Source: a virus (taxonomy: Duplodnaviria; Caudoviricetes). Taken from it: a stretch of DNA of 64,000 bases. The notes beneath the pieces were generated by a model. That model did not search any database, was not told the DNA's origin, and saw only the letters and a list, made by a program, of their open reading frames with translations. Positions within the stretch are counted from its first letter, which is position 1. Every line of letters starts with the position of its first letter. This document shows, piece by piece, positions 37,424 through 45,117 of this stretch. The DNA is taken from positions 502-64,501 of IMG/VR virus record IMGVR_UViG_3300025428_000004. One strand, written 5' to 3'. The position numbers and the translations under genes were made by a program.

Positions 37424-37618
37424 ATGACCGAGATTGTTGTCGAGGTTTTGCGCTGCGGTCGCATTGTATGGACCCAGGAGCTGGATGGGATCGTCCGCGA
37501 TTGTTTGCGAAAAAGGATGACCAGATCTCAAATTGGCAAGCTTCTCGGATTAACCCGTAACACGATTGCCGGGCGTATTGATCGGCTGCGGAAAGCTGGC
37601 CAGCTCGATGTTTATTGA
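37424..37618 (+). CDS. GcrA-like N-terminal HTH protein
   Basis: WT.E...........SQIG..LG.TRN.I.GR..RL. Confidence 0.7.
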   Translation: MTEIVVEVLRCGRIVWTQELDGIVRDCLRKRMTRSQIGKLLGLTRNTIAGRIDRLRKAGQLDVY

Positions 37619-37991
37619 AAAAATATCATGGATCGTAGAGGTCCATAATGTTTCCAGGTCGAGCTCAACATCGTCTTGTGCGCGCCAGGTTTTAATGTCG
37701 TTGCCCAGGGTGAAATGGTTAGAGCGAGATCCTGAATATGTCGTACCTCCACCGTTAGATGAAACGCCTACTGCCAGGCAGAAGCGTATAGAACGCAGAG
37801 CGGCAAGTCCTATCGCCAGGCGCGAGATAGAAGCGTACGAGCATTACAAGCGCGGCCTTTGCTATTCACAGATCAGCATGATCATGGGCGCTAGCGAGAA
37901 CGCTATCAGAAGCTATGTTTCGTCAGCTCGTAAAAAGATGCGTCGAGATAAAGAGGTCGCCAAGAAAAGCCAGGAGATAGACAATGACTGA
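37608..37991 (+). CDS. Protein with sigma-70 region-4-like HTH
   Basis: GL.YSQI...MG.SEN.IRSY.SSAR.KM. Confidence 0.6.
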   Translation: MFIEKISWIVEVHNVSRSSSTSSCARQVLMSLPRVKWLERDPEYVVPPPLDETPTARQKRIERRAASPIARREIEAYEHYKRGLCYSQISMIMGASENAIRSYVSSARKKMRRDKEVAKKSQEIDND

Positions 37992-38217
37992 AAGCGAGAT
38001 AGAGCGACGTTGCCTGATGGACATCGAGCGGCTCCGCATGATGTTGAATGAAAAAGATCATCAGTTAGAGGTTATGCGCGATGCGTGTGACCGATACGCT
38101 GTAGAGCGGCGTGAGCTGATTGAATGTCTGAATTGTTTTGTGTCTGACAAATATCAGATTCCGTTAGAAAGGGCGATCCTGCGCGCCAAGGCTGTTCTGG
38201 AAGGCAAGAGCCTATGA
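37984..38217 (+). CDS. Hypothetical coiled-coil protein
   Basis: AGGAG SD, coupled. Confidence 0.6.
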   Translation: MTESEIERRCLMDIERLRMMLNEKDHQLEVMRDACDRYAVERRELIECLNCFVSDKYQIPLERAILRAKAVLEGKSL

Positions 38218-38435
38218 CTGAATTATCCCTGCTTGAAAAACTACGCCTCGCCCATGTTACAACCGGGCAAAGGATGCTCGGTGAGGCGGCTGAACGGATT
38301 GAGGAATTGAAAGAACTATTAAGGATAGCGAATAATGATTTTTTCGATATTGAAGCGACTACATTTGACATGAAATCTCGTATCGCTGAACTAGAGGCAG
38401 CGTTGGCCAAAGCCAAGGGCATCAAAAATGACTAG
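38214..38435 (+). CDS. Hypothetical coiled-coil protein
   Basis: EAAERIEEL motif; coupled. Confidence 0.6.
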   Translation: MTELSLLEKLRLAHVTTGQRMLGEAAERIEELKELLRIANNDFFDIEATTFDMKSRIAELEAALAKAKGIKND

Positions 38436-38907
38436 GCATAATTTAACAATCAAAGAAAGATTATTGGATAATTGCATACCAGAACCAAACAGTGGTTGCT
38501 GGCTGTGGTTAGGTTCGCTGAGAGGGAAGGGAAAACATAGAAGACCGCAATTGAAAGTTGGGCAAACTAATAAAAATGGGTGCAGATTATCTTATAAAAC
38601 ATTTATTTGCGAACCAATTGATGGCTTTGTTTTGCATAAATGCGATAATGGTTTTTGTATTAATCCTGAGCATTTATTTGCAGGGACGCACCAAGACAAC
38701 ATGACTGATATGATGGTCAAAGGTAGACATGTCGCACCCAAAGGAGAGAAAAACGGTGTAAGCAAATTGAAAGATTGCGACGTTATTGAAATAAGAAAAA
38801 GACTTAAACAGGGAGTTTTAGGTGTTGATTTAGCAAAACAATATAATGTTTCTAATTATGCCATATCTTTAATTAAATTAGGCAAAAGTTGGAAGCATTT
38901 ATTATGA
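38428..38907 (+). CDS. HNH homing endonuclease (AT-rich insertion)
   Basis: PEPNSGCWLW, VLHKCDN..CINP.HL..GT..DN..D, GE.N..SKL. Confidence 0.9.
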   Translation: MTRHNLTIKERLLDNCIPEPNSGCWLWLGSLRGKGKHRRPQLKVGQTNKNGCRLSYKTFICEPIDGFVLHKCDNGFCINPEHLFAGTHQDNMTDMMVKGRHVAPKGEKNGVSKLKDCDVIEIRKRLKQGVLGVDLAKQYNVSNYAISLIKLGKSWKHLL

Positions 38908-38947
38908 TCAACCTACGCCAAGCCCGTAAGGCATTAGGAGAGAAGCA

Positions 38948-39112
38948 GTGACATATGTGCTGATGTTATGCGTCTTCATGTCGTCCGGCGGCGAGTCCTG
39001 CGATGACGTAGCGACCTATCAAACGCTCGATGCCTGCATAACGGAAGCAAACCGTCGCAAGAAAGACGAAGGCTACAACGAGATCTACAAGTGTGAAGGT
39101 CGTAAGAGATGA
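38948..39112 (+). CDS. Small Cys-containing protein (DUF1482-like)
   Basis: MTYVLMLCVF....C....TYQTLDAC...C; not in ORF track (54 aa); GGAG SD. Confidence 0.55.
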   Translation: MTYVLMLCVFMSSGGESCDDVATYQTLDACITEANRRKKDEGYNEIYKCEGRKR

Positions 39113-39387
39113 CCGACGTCGATACCGTTCTTGAAGAGCGTGGAAAAACGCACGGCAATTTCTTGCAGCATGCCGCCATAACCCAGGGCATCAAGGATGT
39201 CATGCGCATGGGCCGCAACTACACGTTCGATACGCTCGATGTCGATCAGTTAGAGGCTCTGGATATGATTGCGCATAAGCTTGGACGCATTGTTTCCGGG
39301 GATCCAAACCACACAGATTCGTGGCTAGACACGGCGGGATACGCCATGCTCATTGTGCGGAGACTTGAAAAAGATGCCGCGAAGTAA
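39109..39387 (+). CDS. DUF6378-like protein
   Basis: L.ERG..HG.F, EALDMI.HK..RI..GDP.H.DSW.D.AGYA. Confidence 0.8.
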   Translation: MTDVDTVLEERGKTHGNFLQHAAITQGIKDVMRMGRNYTFDTLDVDQLEALDMIAHKLGRIVSGDPNHTDSWLDTAGYAMLIVRRLEKDAAK

Positions 39388-39611
39388 GTGGGTTAATTCA
39401 GTTTATTCGCCTGAGTATAATTCTTGGCGAGCTATGCGCAATAGGTGCCTGTCTTCGCGCCATCCAGCTTATAAGGCTAAATGTGTGGAAGCACGGTACA
39501 AGGCAGGGATACGAAAAGCACAAATGTAGGTGCGACGCCTGTAGAGAAGCCAATAACGCTCGCCATAGAAAAGAACGCGCCCGTAGAAAATTAGCTGCTA
39601 TTCCCGCTTGA
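39374..39611 (+). pseudogene. Internally deleted, frameshifted homing endonuclease
   Basis: SPEYNSWRAMRNRC...HPAYK in one frame joined to HGTRQGY..HKCRCDACREAN in another. Confidence 0.6.
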
Positions 39612-39640
39612 CAACAGATACAATTGTAGCCTACAGATAA
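39608..39640 (+). promoter_or_regulatory. Sigma70-type promoter overlapped by operator GATACAATTGTAGC
   Basis: TTGACA 39608-39613; operator 39617-39630. Confidence 0.65.
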
Positions 39641-39674
39641 CACATGGTCACTTATGGCCGCTACGGAGAGTAAC

Positions 39675-39905
39675 ATGGACTACGCTGCAAACCTCGCCTT
39701 CTTCCTTCAAGAAAAGACCGGCACAATTTTTGGATCCTGGTCGGGCCGCATGTCAGCAAAAGAACAGCGCGAATTATTCGGCCGCTTCCTTGGCAAGGGC
39801 CGCATTTACATCAGCGGTTCAGATGAACGCGTAGAGCATTGGGTCAAGGTTTGCTTCGGTCTCGATAGCGACATGACCAAGCGTATCTACTGGCGCGATC
39901 TGTGA
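39675..39905 (+). CDS. Hypothetical protein
   Basis: GGAG SD after promoter. Confidence 0.65.
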   Translation: MDYAANLAFFLQEKTGTIFGSWSGRMSAKEQRELFGRFLGKGRIYISGSDERVEHWVKVCFGLDSDMTKRIYWRDL

Positions 39906-39915
39906 GGAGGGCGCT

Positions 39916-40086
39916 ATGCGTATCAAGACATTCTTCTACGAGCCTCCTATTCCGATGCGCTGCATGGATTGGTCAGCCATTGATGATGAGACATACGACG
40001 GGGAAGGTTCCCCCGTCGGTTACGGTTACACAGAGCAAGAGGCGATTGAGGATTTGCTTTGGCGCCTTGATGAGGAGGGAGAGTGA
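39916..40086 (+). CDS. Small acidic phage protein
   Basis: GAGGAGG SD; PPIP.R..DW.A....YDG...G.G.TE.EAI.DL (56 aa, not in track). Confidence 0.65.
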   Translation: MRIKTFFYEPPIPMRCMDWSAIDDETYDGEGSPVGYGYTEQEAIEDLLWRLDEEGE

Positions 40087-40229
40087 TGCAGTTCACTACA
40101 TGGCTCCTGCAAGTTGAGGCGCTTCTTGGCTATGACCTAGACGCATCATTCACCATCCATGCTCTTCGTTGTTTCCGCGAAGGCTGGACTGTCGATGAAT
40201 ATGCAACTGAGGTTATTTACAGTGAGTAA
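40086..40229 (+). CDS. Small hypothetical protein
   Basis: MQFTTWLLQVEALLG...EGWTVDEYA (47 aa), coupled, SD present. Confidence 0.5.
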   Translation: MQFTTWLLQVEALLGYDLDASFTIHALRCFREGWTVDEYATEVIYSE

Positions 40230-40518
40230 TCTTAAATTACTGATCAAAAATGCGGGGTTAAAAAATCCTTCATTAGCCAAGTTGATAGGCTGTAAGCCTG
40301 TCGAAATATGGAGATTAGCGGCGTGGCCAGAAAAGGGCGGTCGGAAAATGACACCACAATGGGCGTCTAAGATTGCTCCGCATATCGGTGTAAAGCCGCA
40401 TGAATTGCTTTTTGAAAGTGAGCCAACAAACCACGTTGATGAGTTTGCTTCTTTAAGATCCGAAAACAAGGTTCTTATGGAGATAATTCATATGCTGTTA
40501 AAGGCTCTTCAAAAATAG
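40222..40518 (+). CDS. XRE-family HTH protein
   Basis: LAKLIG....IWRL....RKMT..WA.KIA..IGV.P.ELL. Confidence 0.7.
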   Translation: MSNLKLLIKNAGLKNPSLAKLIGCKPVEIWRLAAWPEKGGRKMTPQWASKIAPHIGVKPHELLFESEPTNHVDEFASLRSENKVLMEIIHMLLKALQK

Positions 40519-40520
40519 GA

Positions 40521-40670
40521 ATTCCCGCTGTGTCGGCGTTCGTCCGGTGGGATTGATGGAGAGGACAAGTTGAGGTCGATGGCGGCAGACCAATAACGAA
40601 AAGCGGGATGGAGCCTCTCCGGGTTTAAGCGTTGCTGACCTAGTAAACTCTTCAATCTCGCAAGCCGCCA
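40521..40670 (+). ncRNA. Candidate compact pseudoknotted RNA
   Basis: Nested stems of 10, 7 and 7 bp plus two 7-bp crossing pairings. Confidence 0.4.
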
Positions 40671-40700
40671 ATTATTTTGAATTCTTTTGTATTTTCCCAA

Positions 40701-40735
40701 TTGACATGGATACAAATGTAGCGCATAAGATTGTG
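40701..40735 (+). promoter_or_regulatory. Sigma70-type promoter overlapped by operator GATACAAATGTAGC
   Basis: TTGACA 40701-40706; operator 40709-40722. Confidence 0.65.
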
Positions 40736-40768
40736 CATGGTCGCTTCTGACCTACATGGAGATAACAG

Positions 40769-41152
40769 ATGACTACATTGTTTCGCGTCGAAACCAGCCG
40801 CTTCAACCTCAACGACAGCCATACAGAAACCTGGGCGCTGACGGATCCTTGGTGCCGCGAGATCGGTACACGCATTAGCACGTTCCAGGTAGAGCATTCG
40901 ATTGTAGAAGCTGACGAGTTTTACGGCCACCAAATGGAATGGGCAAACAACTACCTCGCACAACTAAACGCTAAAGGCCCATACGGCCTGACCTTGCAGC
41001 CGCTGCGCAACGGTAAAGATTACCAGGCGAGCACAGACTCATTCTTCCATACCGAAGAGGCACGCGCCGCTCATATCGCCAAGTACATCAAGGACGCGTA
41101 TAAACGCGCACAGAAGGTCGCAGCAAAGCCAAAGGCAAAGCGCGCTGCATAA
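40769..41152 (+). CDS. Hypothetical early protein
   Basis: GGAG SD; Q..RNGK.YQAS motif. Confidence 0.7.
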   Translation: MTTLFRVETSRFNLNDSHTETWALTDPWCREIGTRISTFQVEHSIVEADEFYGHQMEWANNYLAQLNAKGPYGLTLQPLRNGKDYQASTDSFFHTEEARAAHIAKYIKDAYKRAQKVAAKPKAKRAA

Positions 41153-41216
41153 GGGTAGGGGCTTCGGCCCCACCTCATTTACCGGGGCAATCATGTCCGC
41201 CTAATAGGAGAAGCAA

Positions 41217-41447
41217 ATGAAGAAGGCAGAGTTTTCAGATATCGGTAAACGCCTGGAAAAGATCCGCAAGGTAATGGGCTACAACACCAGGGTTGCGTTT
41301 GCGAGGGACATCTATGATTACGAGGACAAGGGCAATCGTTACTGGAATTGGGAAAGCGGTGGTGCTCGCATTCCGGTCGAGTATGCGCTGCGCATTAAGC
41401 GGCTGTCTGGTTATGGCCTCGATTACATCTATGACGGTGACAAATAG
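41217..41447 (+). CDS. XRE-family HTH protein
   Basis: IGKRL..IR..., NWE.G..IP, G..LDYIY.G. Confidence 0.75.
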   Translation: MKKAEFSDIGKRLEKIRKVMGYNTRVAFARDIYDYEDKGNRYWNWESGGARIPVEYALRIKRLSGYGLDYIYDGDK

Positions 41448-41692
41448 TGGCGAATGAATCTGACTATGACTTTCCTACAATAGAGGCAGCGCAGGCGCGG
41501 TTTGACGCGTTCCAGAAACCGCGTCCCTGGCTCAAGTGTCGGATTGTACCATCGCAGAACCAAGACGGTTGCTACAACATCGAGATCTATAGCGAGCGTA
41601 CCGTCGTCCAAGAGCATAATGCCTGGTTCTTCCCAGGCGCTAAGATAGGCGAACACGGCATCCATGAATTCGGACGCCTACCAAAAGAGTGA
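41447..41692 (+). CDS. Hypothetical protein
   Basis: Coupled ORF. Confidence 0.5.
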   Translation: MANESDYDFPTIEAAQARFDAFQKPRPWLKCRIVPSQNQDGCYNIEIYSERTVVQEHNAWFFPGAKIGEHGIHEFGRLPKE

Positions 41693-41733
41693 GTCGTTTA
41701 ACCGGGCAATCATGTCCACAAATGGAGAGAATC

Positions 41734-42198
41734 ATGTACTCGAATCAGCAAAAGCAAGAGATGAACACCAAAGCCCTGGCAATCGTTAAAGGCATGCTTA
41801 TCGGCGGCAGTATTATTGGCAGCCTGATGGCGTTTGTGCCATCGCATGCGCATGCATCAGAGGCGCAGGATAAGGGTTGGCTGGACTATGCCAAGTACGC
41901 CATTGCGCAATCCATCAAGCAGACTGGCAGTTCATCCTACACGCATTTCTGTCAGCCAGAGGTGCGCTCATGCTTTAGCGGCGTGTCGTACAAGAACGAC
42001 CGGGGCGTGACGGTTTTCCTGCGTGAGACGTTTAATATCGAAGGCGAAAGAATCGCGCGTGAAGCGTGCTCGATGAATGAGCATGAGGATGTGCGTCATT
42101 GCATTAACTGGGACACCCAGGAAAAGCATGCAGATATGAAAGATAGGAACGGCGACTGGCATTTGGTGTCGTCATCCTTTGCGCAATCACGTCGATGA
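41734..42198 (+). CDS. Secreted protein
   Basis: Hydrophobic segment ending AHA-S; four Cys. Confidence 0.6.
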   Translation: MYSNQQKQEMNTKALAIVKGMLIGGSIIGSLMAFVPSHAHASEAQDKGWLDYAKYAIAQSIKQTGSSSYTHFCQPEVRSCFSGVSYKNDRGVTVFLRETFNIEGERIAREACSMNEHEDVRHCINWDTQEKHADMKDRNGDWHLVSSSFAQSRR

Positions 42199-42304
42199 TA
42201 TCTGTTGAAGGCAAGCAAAATCCTTGCTTTACAGCGGGGCTAACACGATAATCGTAGCGCAGTATGTCTTGGTCGGCATGTTGTGCCTCTCAAAAGGTGA
42301 TCTT

Positions 42305-42332
42305 GGAGGGCGTTTCGGCGCTCTCCATTTTT
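42305..42332 (+). terminator. Rho-independent terminator
   Basis: ggagggcgt-ttcg-gcgctctcc followed by attttt. Confidence 0.6.
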
Positions 42333-42348
42333 CGCCAAGGGGAATTGA

Positions 42349-42618
42349 ATGAAAGCGCCTGGTATCCGGTACGACATGTCGCCAGAAGAGTTTGAAGACG
42401 CGCGTCATCGCCTTGGCTTAAATCAGCGTGATTTTGCAGAGCTTTTTGGTATCGCGTCTGATCGTACAGTACGCAGATGGGAAGAGGGCGATAAGGACAT
42501 ACCAGGTCCAGTGATCGTGCTTGTGCGTTTGTGTCTTGAGTATCCAGAGGTCCGCGATTTCTTAGGGCTACAACCGTGGCCAATTACGCTAGACTCAAAT
42601 GGCGCTGGTGATGAATGA
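42349..42618 (+). CDS. XRE-family HTH protein
   Basis: R..LGLNQ..FA..FG.....VRRWE.G...IPGP. Confidence 0.8.
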   Translation: MKAPGIRYDMSPEEFEDARHRLGLNQRDFAELFGIASDRTVRRWEEGDKDIPGPVIVLVRLCLEYPEVRDFLGLQPWPITLDSNGAGDE

Positions 42619-43156
42619 GGAAGCAGTAGACCTAAAGCTGGATGTCGCCGATAGGACGTACAAGGCCGGCAAGACAGCGATAAGCTCTGATGAGCAAGAC
42701 GCTGAAGGCTTGTCCTTCAAGGTGCCAATAGGCAGACCAAGCAAGTATCACCCAGATCATTGCAAGGCAGTATTAGACCTCGGCTCCAGGGGAAAGAGCC
42801 TGGCTCAAATGGCGTCCTACTTCAATGTTGACAGACACACGTTGAAGAACTGGGCAATGGAGCATGATGATTTTTTCACCGCTTTATCGCGAGCAAGAGA
42901 ATTAGCGCAGAGCTGGTGGGAAGAAGCTGGTCAGCGCGGACTGACAATGCCAGGCTTTAACGGCAATCTGTATAACAAGGTTGTGGCTGGTCGTTTCCGT
43001 GAGGACTACGGTGAAAAGCGTGATCAGTTAGCAGTTACAGTAAATGGCCAGGAGACTGTATCCAAGGTCGATGTAAAGCTCTTGACGGCAGAACAGCGCG
43101 ATCAGCTCAAGCAGCTTCTCCTGATTGCTAAAGGCGGTGGCCATGAACCAGAGTGA
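42599..43156 (+). CDS. terS: Terminase small subunit
   Basis: GRPSKY, HTH, WWE..G; precedes large terminase. Confidence 0.8.
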   Translation: MALVMNEEAVDLKLDVADRTYKAGKTAISSDEQDAEGLSFKVPIGRPSKYHPDHCKAVLDLGSRGKSLAQMASYFNVDRHTLKNWAMEHDDFFTALSRARELAQSWWEEAGQRGLTMPGFNGNLYNKVVAGRFREDYGEKRDQLAVTVNGQETVSKVDVKLLTAEQRDQLKQLLLIAKGGGHEPE

Positions 43157-43391
43157 AGTCATCGCTATCCTCAGTCATGAGATCTACGCCTTACTCGATA
43201 TGCATGGTCTCGATGGAGAGGAAAGCCTGAAGGTCTTGGCTGCCGTTGCAACCAGGCTGCTTTGCTATGATGCTCCAGACCGTAGAACAGCCGAGCAATG
43301 GCGTGATGCATTGTCAGGCGTCATTTACCTGTCCATGTCAGAAGCCGGCTCTATCGGCTCCGCACGGTGGTCTGAAGCCAGGATGCACTGA
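43143..43391 (+). CDS. Hypothetical protein
   Basis: Coupled ORF between terS and terL. Confidence 0.55.
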   Translation: MNQSEVIAILSHEIYALLDMHGLDGEESLKVLAAVATRLLCYDAPDRRTAEQWRDALSGVIYLSMSEAGSIGSARWSEARMH

Positions 43392-45031
43392 TGAGCCTGG
43401 CGGATCTCGATCCAAGCTTTCGCAATATCGACGTTGACGAGATAGACGATGATCTGGTGCGCGCAAATTGCCGGGACGATCTCTATACGTTTATCCAGGA
43501 GTGCTGGCCGATCATCGAGCCTGCCATGCCGTTTTCGCCTAACTGGCATATACAGTTCATCTGCTATCACCTGGAGTCGATCACAAATGGCGTCACGCTG
43601 GATGATGGCACGCCATACAACAGATTGCTGATCAACATTCCCCCTGGCTGCATGAAGAGCCTGCTTGTGAACTGCTTCTGGCCGCTCTGGGAATGGGGGC
43701 CAAAGAACATGCCGCATATGCGCTATATCTGCGTCTCGCATAGCCAGGATCTGGCCATACGCGATGGCTTGCGCATGCGACGCGTTATCGAGAGCGAGTG
43801 GTATCAGAGGCTCTGGCCTCACGTTAAGCTAACCTCAGACCAGAACCAGAAGACCAGGTTCGAGAACACCTCGACTGGTTGGCGTATGGCCGCGGCTGCC
43901 GGTTCAATTACCGGCGCGCGCGCTGACAGAGTCGTATGCGATGACCCATTATCGGTGACGGATGCCATGTCTGCGCAGATCAAGCAGACAACAACAGACT
44001 GGTTCCTTGAGGCTGTACCAAGCCGTCTCTCTAGCCCCAGGGAAAGCGCCATCCTGGTGATATGTCAGCGCCTGGCAGAGGACGACATATCGGGCGTAAT
44101 CTTGGATAAGCAGCTCGGCTACGATCATATCATGCTGCCCATGCGCGCAGAGCTCTCGCGTATCATGCCAACCAAGCTTGGCTATGAAGACCCCAGGACG
44201 TACGAGGGACAGCTCCTGTTTCCTGATCGCTTCCCCGAAGAGGTTGTCGATCGCGATGAGCGCGTCATGGGCAAGTGGGCGACCGCTGGTCAAAACCAGC
44301 AAGCGCCTGTACCGCGTGGAGGAGGCATTATACCGCGTGACGCCTGGGTGCTACATGACAAGCCAGAGTATCCCAACTTCGATCTCGTCATCGGGAGTCT
44401 AGATACAGCCTATACGCTTAAAGAAGAGAACGATCCGAGTGCGATGACGGTGTGGGGTTTCTACACGGGCGGCGAGCAAACAGCGCAAGCACCGACCAGG
44501 TATATCAACAAGGATGAAGAGGTAGAAGCCGCTCTAAAGCGCCAATACACGCAAGAGCACACCAAGATGATGATGATCTACGCCTGGACAGAACGCCTGG
44601 AGCTATATGAGCTTGTCGAGCGTGTCGCAGACGTCTGCAAGAAATATCAGATCGACGTGCTCCTGATCGAGAACAAGGCTGCCGGCCATAGCGTGGCGCA
44701 AGAGCTGCGGCGTGTGTATGGCCATGAAGACTTTGGCGTCACGCTGATTGATCCAAAGAATCAAGACAAGCTCTCCAGGTTGTACAGTGTCCAGCATCTA
44801 TTCAACGATGGTCTGATCTCTGCACCAGATCGTCCCTGGGCCGACGTCACAATCAATCAGGTGGCAAGCTTTCCGAAAGCCAAACATGATGACCTGGTCG
44901 ATACGGTGAGTCAGGCGCTGACCTGGGCGCGCAAGAGCGGAGTCCTTATGCGCGGCAAAGAGCACACAAACATGCTCGATATCATGCGATCGCATTCTGG
45001 TAAGCCGCCACCGCCGTTGTACCCAGTATAG
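43391..45031 (+). CDS. terL: Terminase large subunit
   Basis: INIPPGCMKS, ITG.RAD..VCDDP, SLDTA, LIENKA.G, HDDLVD. Confidence 0.95.
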   Translation: MSLADLDPSFRNIDVDEIDDDLVRANCRDDLYTFIQECWPIIEPAMPFSPNWHIQFICYHLESITNGVTLDDGTPYNRLLINIPPGCMKSLLVNCFWPLWEWGPKNMPHMRYICVSHSQDLAIRDGLRMRRVIESEWYQRLWPHVKLTSDQNQKTRFENTSTGWRMAAAAGSITGARADRVVCDDPLSVTDAMSAQIKQTTTDWFLEAVPSRLSSPRESAILVICQRLAEDDISGVILDKQLGYDHIMLPMRAELSRIMPTKLGYEDPRTYEGQLLFPDRFPEEVVDRDERVMGKWATAGQNQQAPVPRGGGIIPRDAWVLHDKPEYPNFDLVIGSLDTAYTLKEENDPSAMTVWGFYTGGEQTAQAPTRYINKDEEVEAALKRQYTQEHTKMMMIYAWTERLELYELVERVADVCKKYQIDVLLIENKAAGHSVAQELRRVYGHEDFGVTLIDPKNQDKLSRLYSVQHLFNDGLISAPDRPWADVTINQVASFPKAKHDDLVDTVSQALTWARKSGVLMRGKEHTNMLDIMRSHSGKPPPPLYPV

Positions 45032-45117
45032 TCTAATCGCTTCGTTGCTCTGCCAGGTGACTGACAGTACAGTGCGGCATTGTCACAGCGTGCCTGCGTA
45101 TCGAGCCACAATGATGA

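Noticed and set aside
42231-42240. ACAGCGGGGC as antisense partner of the CCCGCTGT loops at 57369/57433
   Set aside because: A single 10-nt match in 64 kb is compatible with chance, and there is no evidence it is transcribed.
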